From positions 68,203 to 132,202 of the forward strand of contig CACOSS010000001.1 in assembly GCA_902629955.1 (NCBI GenBank): a stretch of 64,000 nt of DNA, in the 5' to 3' direction. The stretch's first letter is position 1; each line of letters begins with the position of its first letter. Of this stretch, positions 19,073 through 28,477 are shown one piece after another. The notes below the pieces were generated by a model. That model was given only the letters and a program-made list of their open reading frames with translations. It had not been told where the DNA came from and searched no databases. A program made the translations under genes and the position numbers. The DNA comes from an uncultured Pelagibacteraceae bacterium (GTDB lineage: Bacteria; Pseudomonadota; Alphaproteobacteria; Pelagibacterales; Pelagibacteraceae).

Positions 19073-20040
19073 TGGCTGTTTTTACAAAGATAACTTCTAG
19101 CGATGTTAAAAAAATTGAAAATATTTTTAATCTCGGAGTAATTAATAAGATAAAAGGTATTAGAAAGGGGATTGAAAATACCAATTATTTTATTGAATTT
19201 AATAATAAAAAATTTGTATTAACAATTTTTGAAAAACGAGTAAAAATTAAAGATCTCCCCTTTTTTATGAAACTTATGTCAGGATTGTCTAATTTGGGTA
19301 TTAATTGTCCTAAGCCAATTAAAACAAAAAAAAATAGTTTTCTTTTCAATATAAAGAGTAAAAAAGCATGCTTAGTAACTTTTTTACGAGGTAACGACAA
19401 AAAAACTTTAACCCCAAGAGATTGCTATGTATTAGGAAAAAATATAGCAATTTTGCATCAAGCTACTAAAAAATTAAAATTATATAGAAAGAATGCATTA
19501 GACGTAAAATCATGGCATAAATTTAGTAAAAAGATAGATAAAAGAATAAATAGATTATCTAAAAATTTAAAAGGTACAATTGAAGAAAACATTATAGATA
19601 TTAAAAAAAACTGGCCAAAAAATTTACCTAAAGGTGTTATACACTCAGATTTGTTCATAGATAATATTTTCTTTTTAAAAAAAAAATTTTATGGTTTTAT
19701 AGATTTTTATTTTTCCTCAACAGATTTTTATGCATACGAGCTAGCTACATGTATAAATGCAATATGTTTTCATAAGAATAAAAGTCAGTATATTCTTGAT
19801 TTAAAAAAATCCTCAAATCTTCTTAAAGGATATCAAAAAATAAGGAAATTGAATAATTCTGAAAAGAATAAATTTAATATCCTTTGTAGGGGATCGGCAC
19901 TAAGATATTTGTTAACAAGGTCCTATGATTTTCTAAACACTCCAAAATCTGCTATAATAAGAATAAAAGATCCAAAAGAATATTTAAAAAAACTAATTTT
20001 TCATAATCATTTAAGTAAATTTGAAAATTATATAAGATGA
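19072..20040 (+). CDS. thrB: Homoserine kinase type II
   Basis: MAVFT, GIENTNY, LTIFE, IHSDLFIDN, IDFYF, KDPKEY. Confidence 0.93.
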   Translation: MAVFTKITSSDVKKIENIFNLGVINKIKGIRKGIENTNYFIEFNNKKFVLTIFEKRVKIKDLPFFMKLMSGLSNLGINCPKPIKTKKNSFLFNIKSKKACLVTFLRGNDKKTLTPRDCYVLGKNIAILHQATKKLKLYRKNALDVKSWHKFSKKIDKRINRLSKNLKGTIEENIIDIKKNWPKNLPKGVIHSDLFIDNIFFLKKKFYGFIDFYFSSTDFYAYELATCINAICFHKNKSQYILDLKKSSNLLKGYQKIRKLNNSEKNKFNILCRGSALRYLLTRSYDFLNTPKSAIIRIKDPKEYLKKLIFHNHLSKFENYIR

Positions 20041-20462
20041 TAAAAATTTATACAGATGGATCATGCTTGGAAAACCCAGGCAACGGTGGTTGGGCAGCTA
20101 TAATTTTTATAGGCCAACAAAAAAAAATTATTTCAGGAAATCAAAAAAATACCACTAATAATAAAATGGAATTATTAGCTCCTATAGAAGCTCTAAAAAC
20201 CCTTAATATGAATTCAAAAGTAGAAATAATTACTGACTCTAAATATGTAAAGTTAGGAATAACAGAGTGGATTAATAACTGGAAAAAAAATGGTTGGAAA
20301 ACATCAAATAAAAAAGAAGTCAAAAACATACAATTATGGAAGGAATTGGATAGTTTGGTTAAAAATTTTGATATTGAGTGGTCATGGGTAAAGGGACATT
20401 CAAAAAATCAATTAAATAATGAAGTAGACTTACTAGCCAAAAAAGCTGCAAACCAAAGTTAA
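20037..20462 (+). CDS. rnhA: Ribonuclease HI
   Basis: YTDGSC..NPG.GGW, TTNNKMEL, TDSKY, WVKGH. Confidence 0.97.
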   Translation: MIKIYTDGSCLENPGNGGWAAIIFIGQQKKIISGNQKNTTNNKMELLAPIEALKTLNMNSKVEIITDSKYVKLGITEWINNWKKNGWKTSNKKEVKNIQLWKELDSLVKNFDIEWSWVKGHSKNQLNNEVDLLAKKAANQS

Positions 20463-20472
20463 TCTCTATAAA

Positions 20473-21846
20473 TTACTTGCAATTATTTTTTATATAGGAT
20501 TTTAAACTCTCAAGATCATTTTGAAAAACTTTATATTCCTCTTTTTGATTTAATATACCTTTAAGATGGTTTGGTAAATCTACTTTTTTTTCTATAGATT
20601 TGAAAATAGCATTGGGAAATTTACAGGGATGAGCAGTAGCTAAAACAACAAAGTTATTTTTTTTAATTTTTTTAACTGCCCCAACTCCTATAGCAGTATG
20701 AGGATCGATAACGACCTTATAATTTTTGTAAACATTTTTTATTATTTCTAAAATTTCTTTTTCATTTAAACTTTCAGACAAAAAGTCTTTTTGAATTTTT
20801 TTTAATGCAATTTCATCTAAATTAAATTCATTATTTTTAATATCTTTCATTATTTCAATAATTTTTTCAGAGTTATTATCATAAATTTGAAATAACAGTC
20901 TTTCAAAATTACTTGCTACCTGTATATCCATACTTGGGGAAATTGTTTCTTTAACTTGATTTGCTTTGTAATCACCTTTGGAAATTGCTCTATGCAAAAT
21001 ATCATTTTCGTTTGTTGCTACTAATAATTTATCAATAGGAAGTCCCATTTTCTTGGCTAGATATCCAGCATAAACATCACCAAAATTTCCTGTAGGTACA
21101 GAAAATGAAATTTTTTCATTATTTTCTATTCTGAAATAGCAAAAAAAATAATAAACTGTTTGAGCGATTATTCTTGCCCAATTAATCGAATTTACGCCCG
21201 ACATATTTATAGCTTTTGAAAAGCTGCGATCAGCAAACATTTGTTTTACTAAATTTTGACAATCATCAAAATTTCCATTTATCGCTATATTAAATATATT
21301 CTTTGATTTATTTGTAGTCATTAACATTCTTTGAACTGGAGAAATTTTATTATGTGGATGCAATACAAAAATATTTATATTTTCTTTACCTTTTATTGCA
21401 TCAATTGCAGCTGCGCCTGTATCACCTGACGTTGCAACAATGATATTTATTTTATTGCTATTTTTACTTAAAAAATATTCATAAAAATTTCCTATTAATT
21501 GCATAGCAACATCCTTAAAAGCTAATGTTGGTCCATGAAATAATTCCAATATTTGTAAATCATCTATTTTTCTTAATTTTACAACGTCCTTTTCGCTAAA
21601 TGTTGAATATGATTTTTTAACAATTTCTTTGAGTTGTTTTTTGGAGCAAAAATTACCAGTGAATATAGATATTATCTCTGTTGCTAAATCTTCATACGAC
21701 AATTCTTTTAAACTTAAAAGTTCGTTATTTGAAAATTTTTTAATTTTTTTTGGCAAAAATAAGCCACCTTCATCTGAAAGTCCTTTTAAAAAAATATTTT
21801 CAAAACTAAGACTTATATGATTGTTTCTAGTACTAAAATATTCCAT
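20473..21846 (-). CDS. thrC: Threonine synthase
   Basis: ELFHGPTLAFKD, ATSGDTG, NSINWAR, VPTGNFG, SPSMDIQ, TAHP. Confidence 0.97.
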   Translation of the reverse strand: MEYFSTRNNHISLSFENIFLKGLSDEGGLFLPKKIKKFSNNELLSLKELSYEDLATEIISIFTGNFCSKKQLKEIVKKSYSTFSEKDVVKLRKIDDLQILELFHGPTLAFKDVAMQLIGNFYEYFLSKNSNKINIIVATSGDTGAAAIDAIKGKENINIFVLHPHNKISPVQRMLMTTNKSKNIFNIAINGNFDDCQNLVKQMFADRSFSKAINMSGVNSINWARIIAQTVYYFFCYFRIENNEKISFSVPTGNFGDVYAGYLAKKMGLPIDKLLVATNENDILHRAISKGDYKANQVKETISPSMDIQVASNFERLLFQIYDNNSEKIIEIMKDIKNNEFNLDEIALKKIQKDFLSESLNEKEILEIIKNVYKNYKVVIDPHTAIGVGAVKKIKKNNFVVLATAHPCKFPNAIFKSIEKKVDLPNHLKGILNQKEEYKVFQNDLESLKSYIKNNCK

Positions 21847-21901
21847 GATTTTTTATACCAGAAATATGTAATTTTCCTAATATATTTAGACCAATTTTTA
21901 A

Positions 21902-22810
21902 TTAAATTAATTTATCTAATAGAATTAAAACAAATATTAAAAATAAATAAAAAATTGAGTATCCAAAAACTTTTTTTGCCTTTTTGATCTCAAATTTGTT
22001 CTTTTTAAATTTTAAAAGATCATAACAAATATAATTGTAATAAATCGTTAAAATTAAGGATCCAAATAAGAACAATTTTCCAAAGAAGTTCATATAATAA
22101 GGCAGAATTATTATTGGAATCATAAAAAGTGAATAAATAAATATTTTCCTCTTAGTTTCCTCTACTCCATCAGTATTTGGCAACATTGGAATTTTTGCTT
22201 TCTCATAATCATTAGCTTTATAAAGACTTAGTGCCCAGAAGTGAGATGGAGTCCAATAAAATATTATTAAAAATAAATTGATTGGTTCAAATGTTAATGA
22301 GTTTGTTGCAATTGTCCATCCTATTACTGGTGGCAACGCTCCAGAAGCTCCACCAATAACGATATTTTGTGGTGTTTTTCTTTTTAACCATATTGTATAA
22401 ACAAAAACATAAAATACTATCGTTAAAAGTAACATAGCAGCAGAAATAAAATTTGAAAAATAATAAAGACCTATTACTGAAAATAATGATAGTAAAATTC
22501 CAAATATTAAAGCGTCTTTCTTTTCAATTTTACCTGTAGGGATTGGTCTCAAGCATGTTCTTGTCATGAGTTTGTCAAGGTCTGCCTCGTACCACATATT
22601 TAAAGTGCCTGCTGCACCTGCACCTATCGCTACAAAGAATATGCTTACCATAGCATCAAATAAATTTACATTTACTGGAGAAATTAGCAATCCAACTGCG
22701 CAAGTGAATATTACCAAAGACATTACCCTTGGTTTCATGAGTAAAATTAAAGACTTTAAGTATGATGAGTAATTAAATGAAACAGTTTTTTTTAAGATAT
22801 TTGTATTCAC
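21902..22810 (-). CDS. cyoE: Heme O synthase (protoheme IX farnesyltransferase, CtaB/CyoE)
   Basis: KPRV, D..MTRT..RPIP, YT.WLKR.TPQNIVIGG, WTPSHFWAL; GTG start. Confidence 0.96.
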   Translation of the reverse strand: MNTNILKKTVSFNYSSYLKSLILLMKPRVMSLVIFTCAVGLLISPVNVNLFDAMVSIFFVAIGAGAAGTLNMWYEADLDKLMTRTCLRPIPTGKIEKKDALIFGILLSLFSVIGLYYFSNFISAAMLLLTIVFYVFVYTIWLKRKTPQNIVIGGASGALPPVIGWTIATNSLTFEPINLFLIIFYWTPSHFWALSLYKANDYEKAKIPMLPNTDGVEETKRKIFIYSLFMIPIIILPYYMNFFGKLFLFGSLILTIYYNYICYDLLKFKKNKFEIKKAKKVFGYSIFYLFLIFVLILLDKLI

Positions 22811-22812
22811 TT

Positions 22813-23076
22813 TTAATCAACATTTAGTGAAACAAAAATTACAATTAATATTAGGCCAATAATGAGTATGTGGTTTCCTAAATCAAAGACACCAACTTTA
22901 TTATTTTTTTTATCTATTATTCTTCTATGTAATGGTTGCTGGTCATATGGATTAAGCTTGATATTCGATCCCTCTTCTTTTTCATTCTCAACTTTCACAG
23001 AATAACCGAACCAAGTGATATAAATAAAAAAAATAAAAAATATTAGTAAACCGGCTAAAACTGTGTATCCATCCAT
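22813..23076 (-). CDS. Hypothetical two-TM membrane protein within the oxidase operon
   Basis: ATG 23076 preceded by GGAG; hydrophobic N- and C-terminal helices; lies between subunit IV and cyoE. Confidence 0.7.
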   Translation of the reverse strand: MDGYTVLAGLLIFFIFFIYITWFGYSVKVENEKEEGSNIKLNPYDQQPLHRRIIDKKNNKVGVFDLGNHILIIGLILIVIFVSLNVD

Positions 23077-23080
23077 TAAC

Positions 23081-23440
23081 TTAAGCTCCGCCTCCAACAA
23101 AAAAATAAAACACCCTAGTAAATAAAGTGTACTCGAATTCGGCGACCATTAAAAAAATAAAGCAAGCAATCGCTGTCATCGGCCACAATAATACATTTAC
23201 TAAAGCATATCTCTCCCAAAATAAATGCATAAAAAATGCCATTATTAATCCAGCTTTTAAAAACATAAAGAACAGTATCAATGACCATCTCAACATTCCT
23301 TGAAATTGATACCAATCAACTAAATATGAGAAAAAACTTAAAACAAATAGTAAGCCCCAAATCCACAAATAAATTCCAATTTTATGAGTAGACCCTTCGG
23401 GTTTTTTATCTTTATCGTTTATCTGACCTGTATTATCCAT
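23081..23440 (-). CDS. Cytochrome c oxidase subunit IV (CoxQ-like)
   Basis: YLWIWGLLFVLS, KAGLIMAFFMHL.WER prokaryotic COX4 motif. Confidence 0.88.
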   Translation of the reverse strand: MDNTGQINDKDKKPEGSTHKIGIYLWIWGLLFVLSFFSYLVDWYQFQGMLRWSLILFFMFLKAGLIMAFFMHLFWERYALVNVLLWPMTAIACFIFLMVAEFEYTLFTRVFYFFVGGGA

Positions 23441-23451
23441 ATAAAGTTATC

Positions 23452-24162
23452 TTACCATAAATAAAAAAATGCAAAAATAAAAACCCATACTAAATCAACA
23501 AAATGCCAATATAGGCCTAAAATTTCTATTTCAACGTAATCACCTTTCATGGTTGTAAACCAGCCTCGTTTACCACTCTCATAGTGACCTGCAAAAACTT
23601 TATACGCGTAAATAAACAAAAATATTACTCCAATTGAAACATGAGTCCCATGAAATCCTGTAATCATAAAAAAGAAAGAACCAAACTGTGCAGCTCCAAA
23701 TGGATTTGCCCAAGGTCTTACACCTTCATGAATAAGTTTTGACCATTCATAAGCTTGCATACCTACAAACGTTAAACCACCAATAGCAGTTGCAAGAACC
23801 AGCCAACCGCACATTTTTCTGTTTCTCTCATAACCATACTTGACGGCAAGAGCCATTGTTCCGCTACTAGTAATTAAAACGAAAGTCATTAGTGCGATCA
23901 ATAACAGTGGCACTGGTACACCAAAGGCTTCTAAAGCAAATACTTCGCTTGGATTTGGCCACTCAACTGGAGTAGATCCTCTTCCTTTCATGTATGCGAT
24001 TAAAAAACAGCTGAATACAAAAGTATCACTTAAAAGGAAAATCCACATCATTGCTTTTCCCCAATGAACACCTTTGAACATTGTCTGATCAGAGCCGGTA
24101 TCAGAAGCCATACCCTTGAAACCTGGTTTTAACTCAAATCCATCTATTTTCGGGTCTGACAT
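23452..24162 (-). CDS. Heme-copper oxidase subunit III (CoxP-like)
   Basis: WGKAMMWIFLLSDTF, TFVLITSSGTM, FFMITGFHGTHV, GLYWHFVDLVW. Confidence 0.92.
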   Translation of the reverse strand: MSDPKIDGFELKPGFKGMASDTGSDQTMFKGVHWGKAMMWIFLLSDTFVFSCFLIAYMKGRGSTPVEWPNPSEVFALEAFGVPVPLLLIALMTFVLITSSGTMALAVKYGYERNRKMCGWLVLATAIGGLTFVGMQAYEWSKLIHEGVRPWANPFGAAQFGSFFFMITGFHGTHVSIGVIFLFIYAYKVFAGHYESGKRGWFTTMKGDYVEIEILGLYWHFVDLVWVFIFAFFYLW

Positions 24163-24179
24163 GTTATATCAATCTTAAA

Positions 24180-26015
24180 TTATGTTTTCTCCACTTTAGT
24201 GTGTGCTACTTCACTTGGTGGAGTAGTTTGAGGTATAAAATCGTCTTTAGCTCCAGGCACACTAAAATCATATGGCCATCTATGAACTACTGGCAATCTC
24301 TCGCCGAAATTTCCATGTTCAGGCGGCTGTGTTGATGTATGCCATTCTAAAGAGTTTGCTTTCCACGGATTTTTTGGAGCACGTTCACCTGTTTTCAATG
24401 TTTTTATTACATTAAAAATTAAAAAGAACTGTGCAGCGCCTACTAGGAAAGCAGCTGTACTTATAAATTCGTTCATACCTACAGCTGAAGTCATATATGG
24501 ACTGTCATACATTTCATAATATCTTCTTGGAACGCCAATAAAACCAAGGTAGTGCATAGGAAAATAAATTGAGTAAGCACCTAGGAATGTTGTCCAAAAA
24601 TGCCATTTACCTAAAGTCTCATTTAAAAATCTTCCAGTTATTAATGGAAACCAATGGTATACAGCTCCCATGATAACCATTACTGGGGCTATACCCATTA
24701 CCATATGGAAGTGAGCTACAACGAAATAAGTATCTGATAATGGAACATCAACAGATACATTTCCTAAAAATATACCTGTGATACCGCCATTAACAAATGT
24801 AACAATAAATCCTAAACACCAAAGCATTACAGTGTTAATTCTGATATTTCCTCTCCACAATGTTAAAATCCAGTTATAAACTTTCATAGCGGTAGGAACT
24901 GCTATAATCAATGTAGTTGTAGCAAAAAAGAAACCAAACCATGGGTTCATTCCGCTTACATACATGTGGTGTGCCCAAACGAAAAAACTTAAAGCACCAA
25001 TCCCTACAATTGCCCACACCATCATTCTGTAACCAAAAATATTTTTTCTTGCATGAACTGAAATTAAGTCAGAAACTATTCCAAATGCAGGAAGAGCTAC
25101 AATATAAACCTCTGGATGACCAAAAAACCAGAATAAGTGTTGAAATAAAATTGGGCTTCCACCACCATACTCCAGTACTTCTCCTGCTTTTAAAATTGTA
25201 GGCATAAAGAAACTGGTTCCGATTACTTTATCTAGAGTCATCATTATTGCGCTTACTAGTAAAGCCGGAAAAGCTAACATTGCTAAAACTGTTGCTGTAA
25301 AAATTCCCCATACAGTTAGTGGCATTCTCATTAAAGTCATACCTCTTGTTCTAGCTTGTAAAACTGTAATCATGTAATTTAGCCCACCCATAGTGAAACC
25401 TATTACGAATAGCGCTAAAGAAATAAGCATTAGCAATATACCCATGCCTGAACCTGGAGTACCTTCTAAAATAGTTTGTGGAGGATATAGTGTCCAGCCT
25501 GCACCAGTTGGACCTCCTGGAACAAAAAAGCTTGCCATTAAAACTGCAACTGCAACAAAGAACATCCAGAAGCTTAACATGTTAACATATGGAAAAACCA
25601 TATCCCTTGCACCAACCATTAATGGTATTAAATAATTTCCAAAACCTCCTAAAAACAAGGCAGTTAAAAAATAAACTACCATTATCATTCCATGCATTGT
25701 TACAAACTGATAATAGTGTTCAGCAGTTATAAATCCTGCAAGTCCTGGAAAACCTAATTGCAATCTCATCAACCAAGATAAAATTAAACCTACAACTCCA
25801 GTGAAAACAGCTGTTAAAAAATATTGTACTCCAATTACTTTAGCATCCTGACAAAAAACCCATTTAGTTATAAAAGTATGGCCGTGATATAAATCTTGCT
25901 CTGGTAACTCAGCTGGTCTTACATAGTCCATATCTGGGGTTGAACCCGCAGAACCTGTTAGTGCTTCTGATGATTGTGCTTGATAACCAGATTTATTTTC
26001 GTATTCGTCAGACAT
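24180..26015 (-). CDS. ctaD: Cytochrome c oxidase subunit I, A1 type (CoxN-like)
   Basis: TMHG, WFFGHPEVY, WAHHMY, AHFH, PRRY; D-channel ARDMVFP and K-channel PTAMK residues. Confidence 0.96.
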   Translation of the reverse strand: MSDEYENKSGYQAQSSEALTGSAGSTPDMDYVRPAELPEQDLYHGHTFITKWVFCQDAKVIGVQYFLTAVFTGVVGLILSWLMRLQLGFPGLAGFITAEHYYQFVTMHGMIMVVYFLTALFLGGFGNYLIPLMVGARDMVFPYVNMLSFWMFFVAVAVLMASFFVPGGPTGAGWTLYPPQTILEGTPGSGMGILLMLISLALFVIGFTMGGLNYMITVLQARTRGMTLMRMPLTVWGIFTATVLAMLAFPALLVSAIMMTLDKVIGTSFFMPTILKAGEVLEYGGGSPILFQHLFWFFGHPEVYIVALPAFGIVSDLISVHARKNIFGYRMMVWAIVGIGALSFFVWAHHMYVSGMNPWFGFFFATTTLIIAVPTAMKVYNWILTLWRGNIRINTVMLWCLGFIVTFVNGGITGIFLGNVSVDVPLSDTYFVVAHFHMVMGIAPVMVIMGAVYHWFPLITGRFLNETLGKWHFWTTFLGAYSIYFPMHYLGFIGVPRRYYEMYDSPYMTSAVGMNEFISTAAFLVGAAQFFLIFNVIKTLKTGERAPKNPWKANSLEWHTSTQPPEHGNFGERLPVVHRWPYDFSVPGAKDDFIPQTTPPSEVAHTKVEKT

Positions 26016-26017
26016 AA

Positions 26018-26890
26018 TTATTTTTCCTCTTTATATATAACTTTTTCAATATTTGAATTATTTTTTGCGAAATTTTTCGTCTCAATTTCCTTATTTTGCT
26101 TAGCTAATAGATCTGAAAAAGTTTCTTGTTCTTCCAACCATTCCTGATAGCTATTAGGATCTTGCACTTCTACGCCACCTCTCATAGCATAATGACCTAC
26201 TCCACAATATTCAGCACATAAAACTTCATACTCGCCTACTTTGTTAGGCTCGAACCAATAAAATGTCACTACTCCAGGTACAGCGTCCATCTTTGCTCTA
26301 AATTGAGGTACATACCAATTATGAAGTACATCTACAGATCTCAGTAAAATTTTAACCGGTCTGTTATTTTCTAAATTAATTATATCACTTTGAACCATTA
26401 CATCATCTCGTCCGTAAGGGTCATCGAGGTTAATGCCAAAAGGATTATCATCATTTATATTAACAACTTTTGTAGTACCAAGTTTTCCATCCTTACCAGG
26501 TAATCTATATTGCCAACCCCATTGCCACGCCATGACATCTATTTCGATTGAGTTTTTTGGAACGTTTACATATTGATTCCAAATTATTAATCCTGGAGCT
26601 AGTAAAGCTGCAACTCCAAGTGTAGTAGCTACTGTTAAAATTTTTTCTAATTTTTTGTCCTCTGGTTTATATTCTGCTTTTCTGTCTTCTTTATAAGAAT
26701 ACTTAAAAACGCAATAAATCATGAAAAGGCAAACCGCTATAAATACTCCACCACCTACCCAAAAGGTTAATGTTATAGTATCATCCATGCCTTTCCAGTT
26801 CGATGCTATATCAGTCCAATACCAAGGCGTAAAAATATGGAAAAGTATTGAACCTAAAATGACTAAAAAAAATATTATACCAGCGTGCAT
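26018..26890 (-). CDS. coxB: Cytochrome c oxidase subunit II (CoxM-like)
   Basis: QWGWQY, DVLH, CuA motif CAEYCGVGHYAM; N-terminal PWYWTDIASNW. Confidence 0.95.
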   Translation of the reverse strand: MHAGIIFFLVILGSILFHIFTPWYWTDIASNWKGMDDTITLTFWVGGGVFIAVCLFMIYCVFKYSYKEDRKAEYKPEDKKLEKILTVATTLGVAALLAPGLIIWNQYVNVPKNSIEIDVMAWQWGWQYRLPGKDGKLGTTKVVNINDDNPFGINLDDPYGRDDVMVQSDIINLENNRPVKILLRSVDVLHNWYVPQFRAKMDAVPGVVTFYWFEPNKVGEYEVLCAEYCGVGHYAMRGGVEVQDPNSYQEWLEEQETFSDLLAKQNKEIETKNFAKNNSNIEKVIYKEEK

Positions 26891-26925
26891 GGCTATTTAT
26901 ATAGATTATTAATAGTATAAATACC

Positions 26926-26942
26926 TATGACAAAATGTCATA
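26926..26942. promoter_or_regulatory. Perfect 17-bp palindrome, candidate operator upstream of oxidase subunit II
   Basis: TATGACA-AAA-TGTCATA in the divergent intergenic region. Confidence 0.6.
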
Positions 26943-26978
26943 AAATTAAAGAAAATAAACTTATATATACGGTAAATT

Positions 26979-27173
26979 ATGCTCGGAAAATTCGGAATTT
27001 TAGCTGTCTTACTCATTTTGGTCTTGCTGTTTTACGTGGTGATATCTTTTGGTGCTGGTGCTTTCTCAAAAGGAGAGACAAAACCAGAAACAAAGAAATA
27101 TTTAAAGTCAGTAAAAATATTATTAGCTGTTATTGCTGTTGTAGGATCTATACTTGTACTTTTTCTAAATTAA
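26979..27173 (+). CDS. Small two-TM hypothetical membrane protein (64 aa)
   Basis: Two hydrophobic helices separated by a charged loop; fills the gap between oxidase genes. Confidence 0.72.
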   Translation: MLGKFGILAVLLILVLLFYVVISFGAGAFSKGETKPETKKYLKSVKILLAVIAVVGSILVLFLN

Positions 27174-27850
27174 GAAATCAGTGTTTTACACCAAGCAATG
27201 AATGAGTCATTAAAAATATAAATCATTAAAAAGAAAGCTAACCAAACAACTAATAAAAACATCCAGTACATCGATAATGCAGAAATATTATTTTCTTCAT
27301 CTAGAATTTTACTCTGCTCCATTTTTAGAATTCTACCAGCTACTCTCCCCCAAAAAAATAAACCTCCAAGTAAATGGATACCATGAAGTGCGGTAAAAAT
27401 ATAAAATGATGAAAAATATGAATTAGTTGAAACATAATTCCCACTTTGCATTAATTGTACCCAAAAATATAATTGTCCAAATAAAAATATATAACTGAGA
27501 CCACCTACTAAGATTATATTTCTTTTTATATTAATAGTTTCCTTTTTTTTAAAATTGCTGGTTATTTTTGAAAAAAAATATGTGATAACAAAAAGAATAA
27601 AAGTGTTAATCCAAAGAAAATTTGGTTTTAAAAGATATCTAGTATCTTGTTCAGGAGGTATGGAATAAATATATCCTGTAAATATCAAACTAAATAAAAC
27701 AGTAGCTATACCAAAGATGATTATAACAGCTGAAGTCTGAACTGAAAGATCAAAAGTCTTTCCAATGTGAGCATCATCAATTTCTGCCCTATCACTCTCC
27801 CAAGGTTTTTCTGTTAGTGTGCTGAAAAGTTTCTTTATAAAATTGCTCAT
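27170..27850 (-). CDS. Second heme-copper oxidase subunit III (CoxO-like)
   Basis: LTEKPW N-terminus, LWINT, SFYIFTALHGIHLLGG, MYW...VW. Confidence 0.85.
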   Translation of the reverse strand: MSNFIKKLFSTLTEKPWESDRAEIDDAHIGKTFDLSVQTSAVIIIFGIATVLFSLIFTGYIYSIPPEQDTRYLLKPNFLWINTFILFVITYFFSKITSNFKKKETINIKRNIILVGGLSYIFLFGQLYFWVQLMQSGNYVSTNSYFSSFYIFTALHGIHLLGGLFFWGRVAGRILKMEQSKILDEENNISALSMYWMFLLVVWLAFFLMIYIFNDSFIAWCKTLIS

Positions 27851-27886
27851 GGATCTTATATAATAAATAATTATTATTTATCAACA

Positions 27887-28477
27887 ATGAAAATAAAAAC
27901 CTCAATTGCAATTATAAGTGGATGTTTAGTAATTTTTCTGTTTTTAATGCTACCAGTTTTTTTATCTATTCAAAATCAGAAGGAAGATCTTGTCGCATCA
28001 TTTAAAGGGTCAACTTTTTCGCTTAAAGATGTGAACAATAATACAATAACTGAAAAATCTTTTGAGGGACCTTTAACAGCTATCTTTTTTGGTTTTACAA
28101 ATTGCCCAGACATATGCCCTATGACGTTAAGTAATATAGATTTAGTTATTAATAATTTAAGTGAGCAAAAAAAGAAAAACTTTAAAGTTTTCTTTGTAAG
28201 CATTGATCCTGAGAGAGATAACCCAGGCGTAATAAAAAATTACTTAGATTCATTCCAAAACAAAATGTTCGGAATAACTGGTGATCCAAAAAAAGTTTTT
28301 CTATTGTCCCAATCATGGGGTGTCTTATCAGAAAAAATATTTAATGAGGATGGAAATTATTTAATAAATCACAGTTCATCAGTATTACTTTTAAAAGATG
28401 GAAAGTATTTAGATAGAATAAATCATCATGCTAAATACAAAGATATGTTTAAGATAATAGATAAATATTTAAGATAA
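27887..28477 (+). CDS. SCO family copper chaperone
   Basis: FGFTNCPDICP, SIDPERD, conserved His in INHS. Confidence 0.95.
   Translation: MKIKTSIAIISGCLVIFLFLMLPVFLSIQNQKEDLVASFKGSTFSLKDVNNNTITEKSFEGPLTAIFFGFTNCPDICPMTLSNIDLVINNLSEQKKKNFKVFFVSIDPERDNPGVIKNYLDSFQNKMFGITGDPKKVFLLSQSWGVLSEKIFNEDGNYLINHSSSVLLLKDGKYLDRINHHAKYKDMFKIIDKYLR

Noticed and set aside
24180-26015. cbb3-type or quinol oxidase assignment
   Set aside because: Subunit I has the A1 motif GHPEVY and subunit II has an intact CuA site; no ccoO/ccoP heme c subunits
26927-27205. 92-aa plus-strand ORF in the oxidase intergenic region
   Set aside because: Overlaps the more protein-like 64-aa two-TM ORF and the subunit III gene; its start lies inside the palindrome
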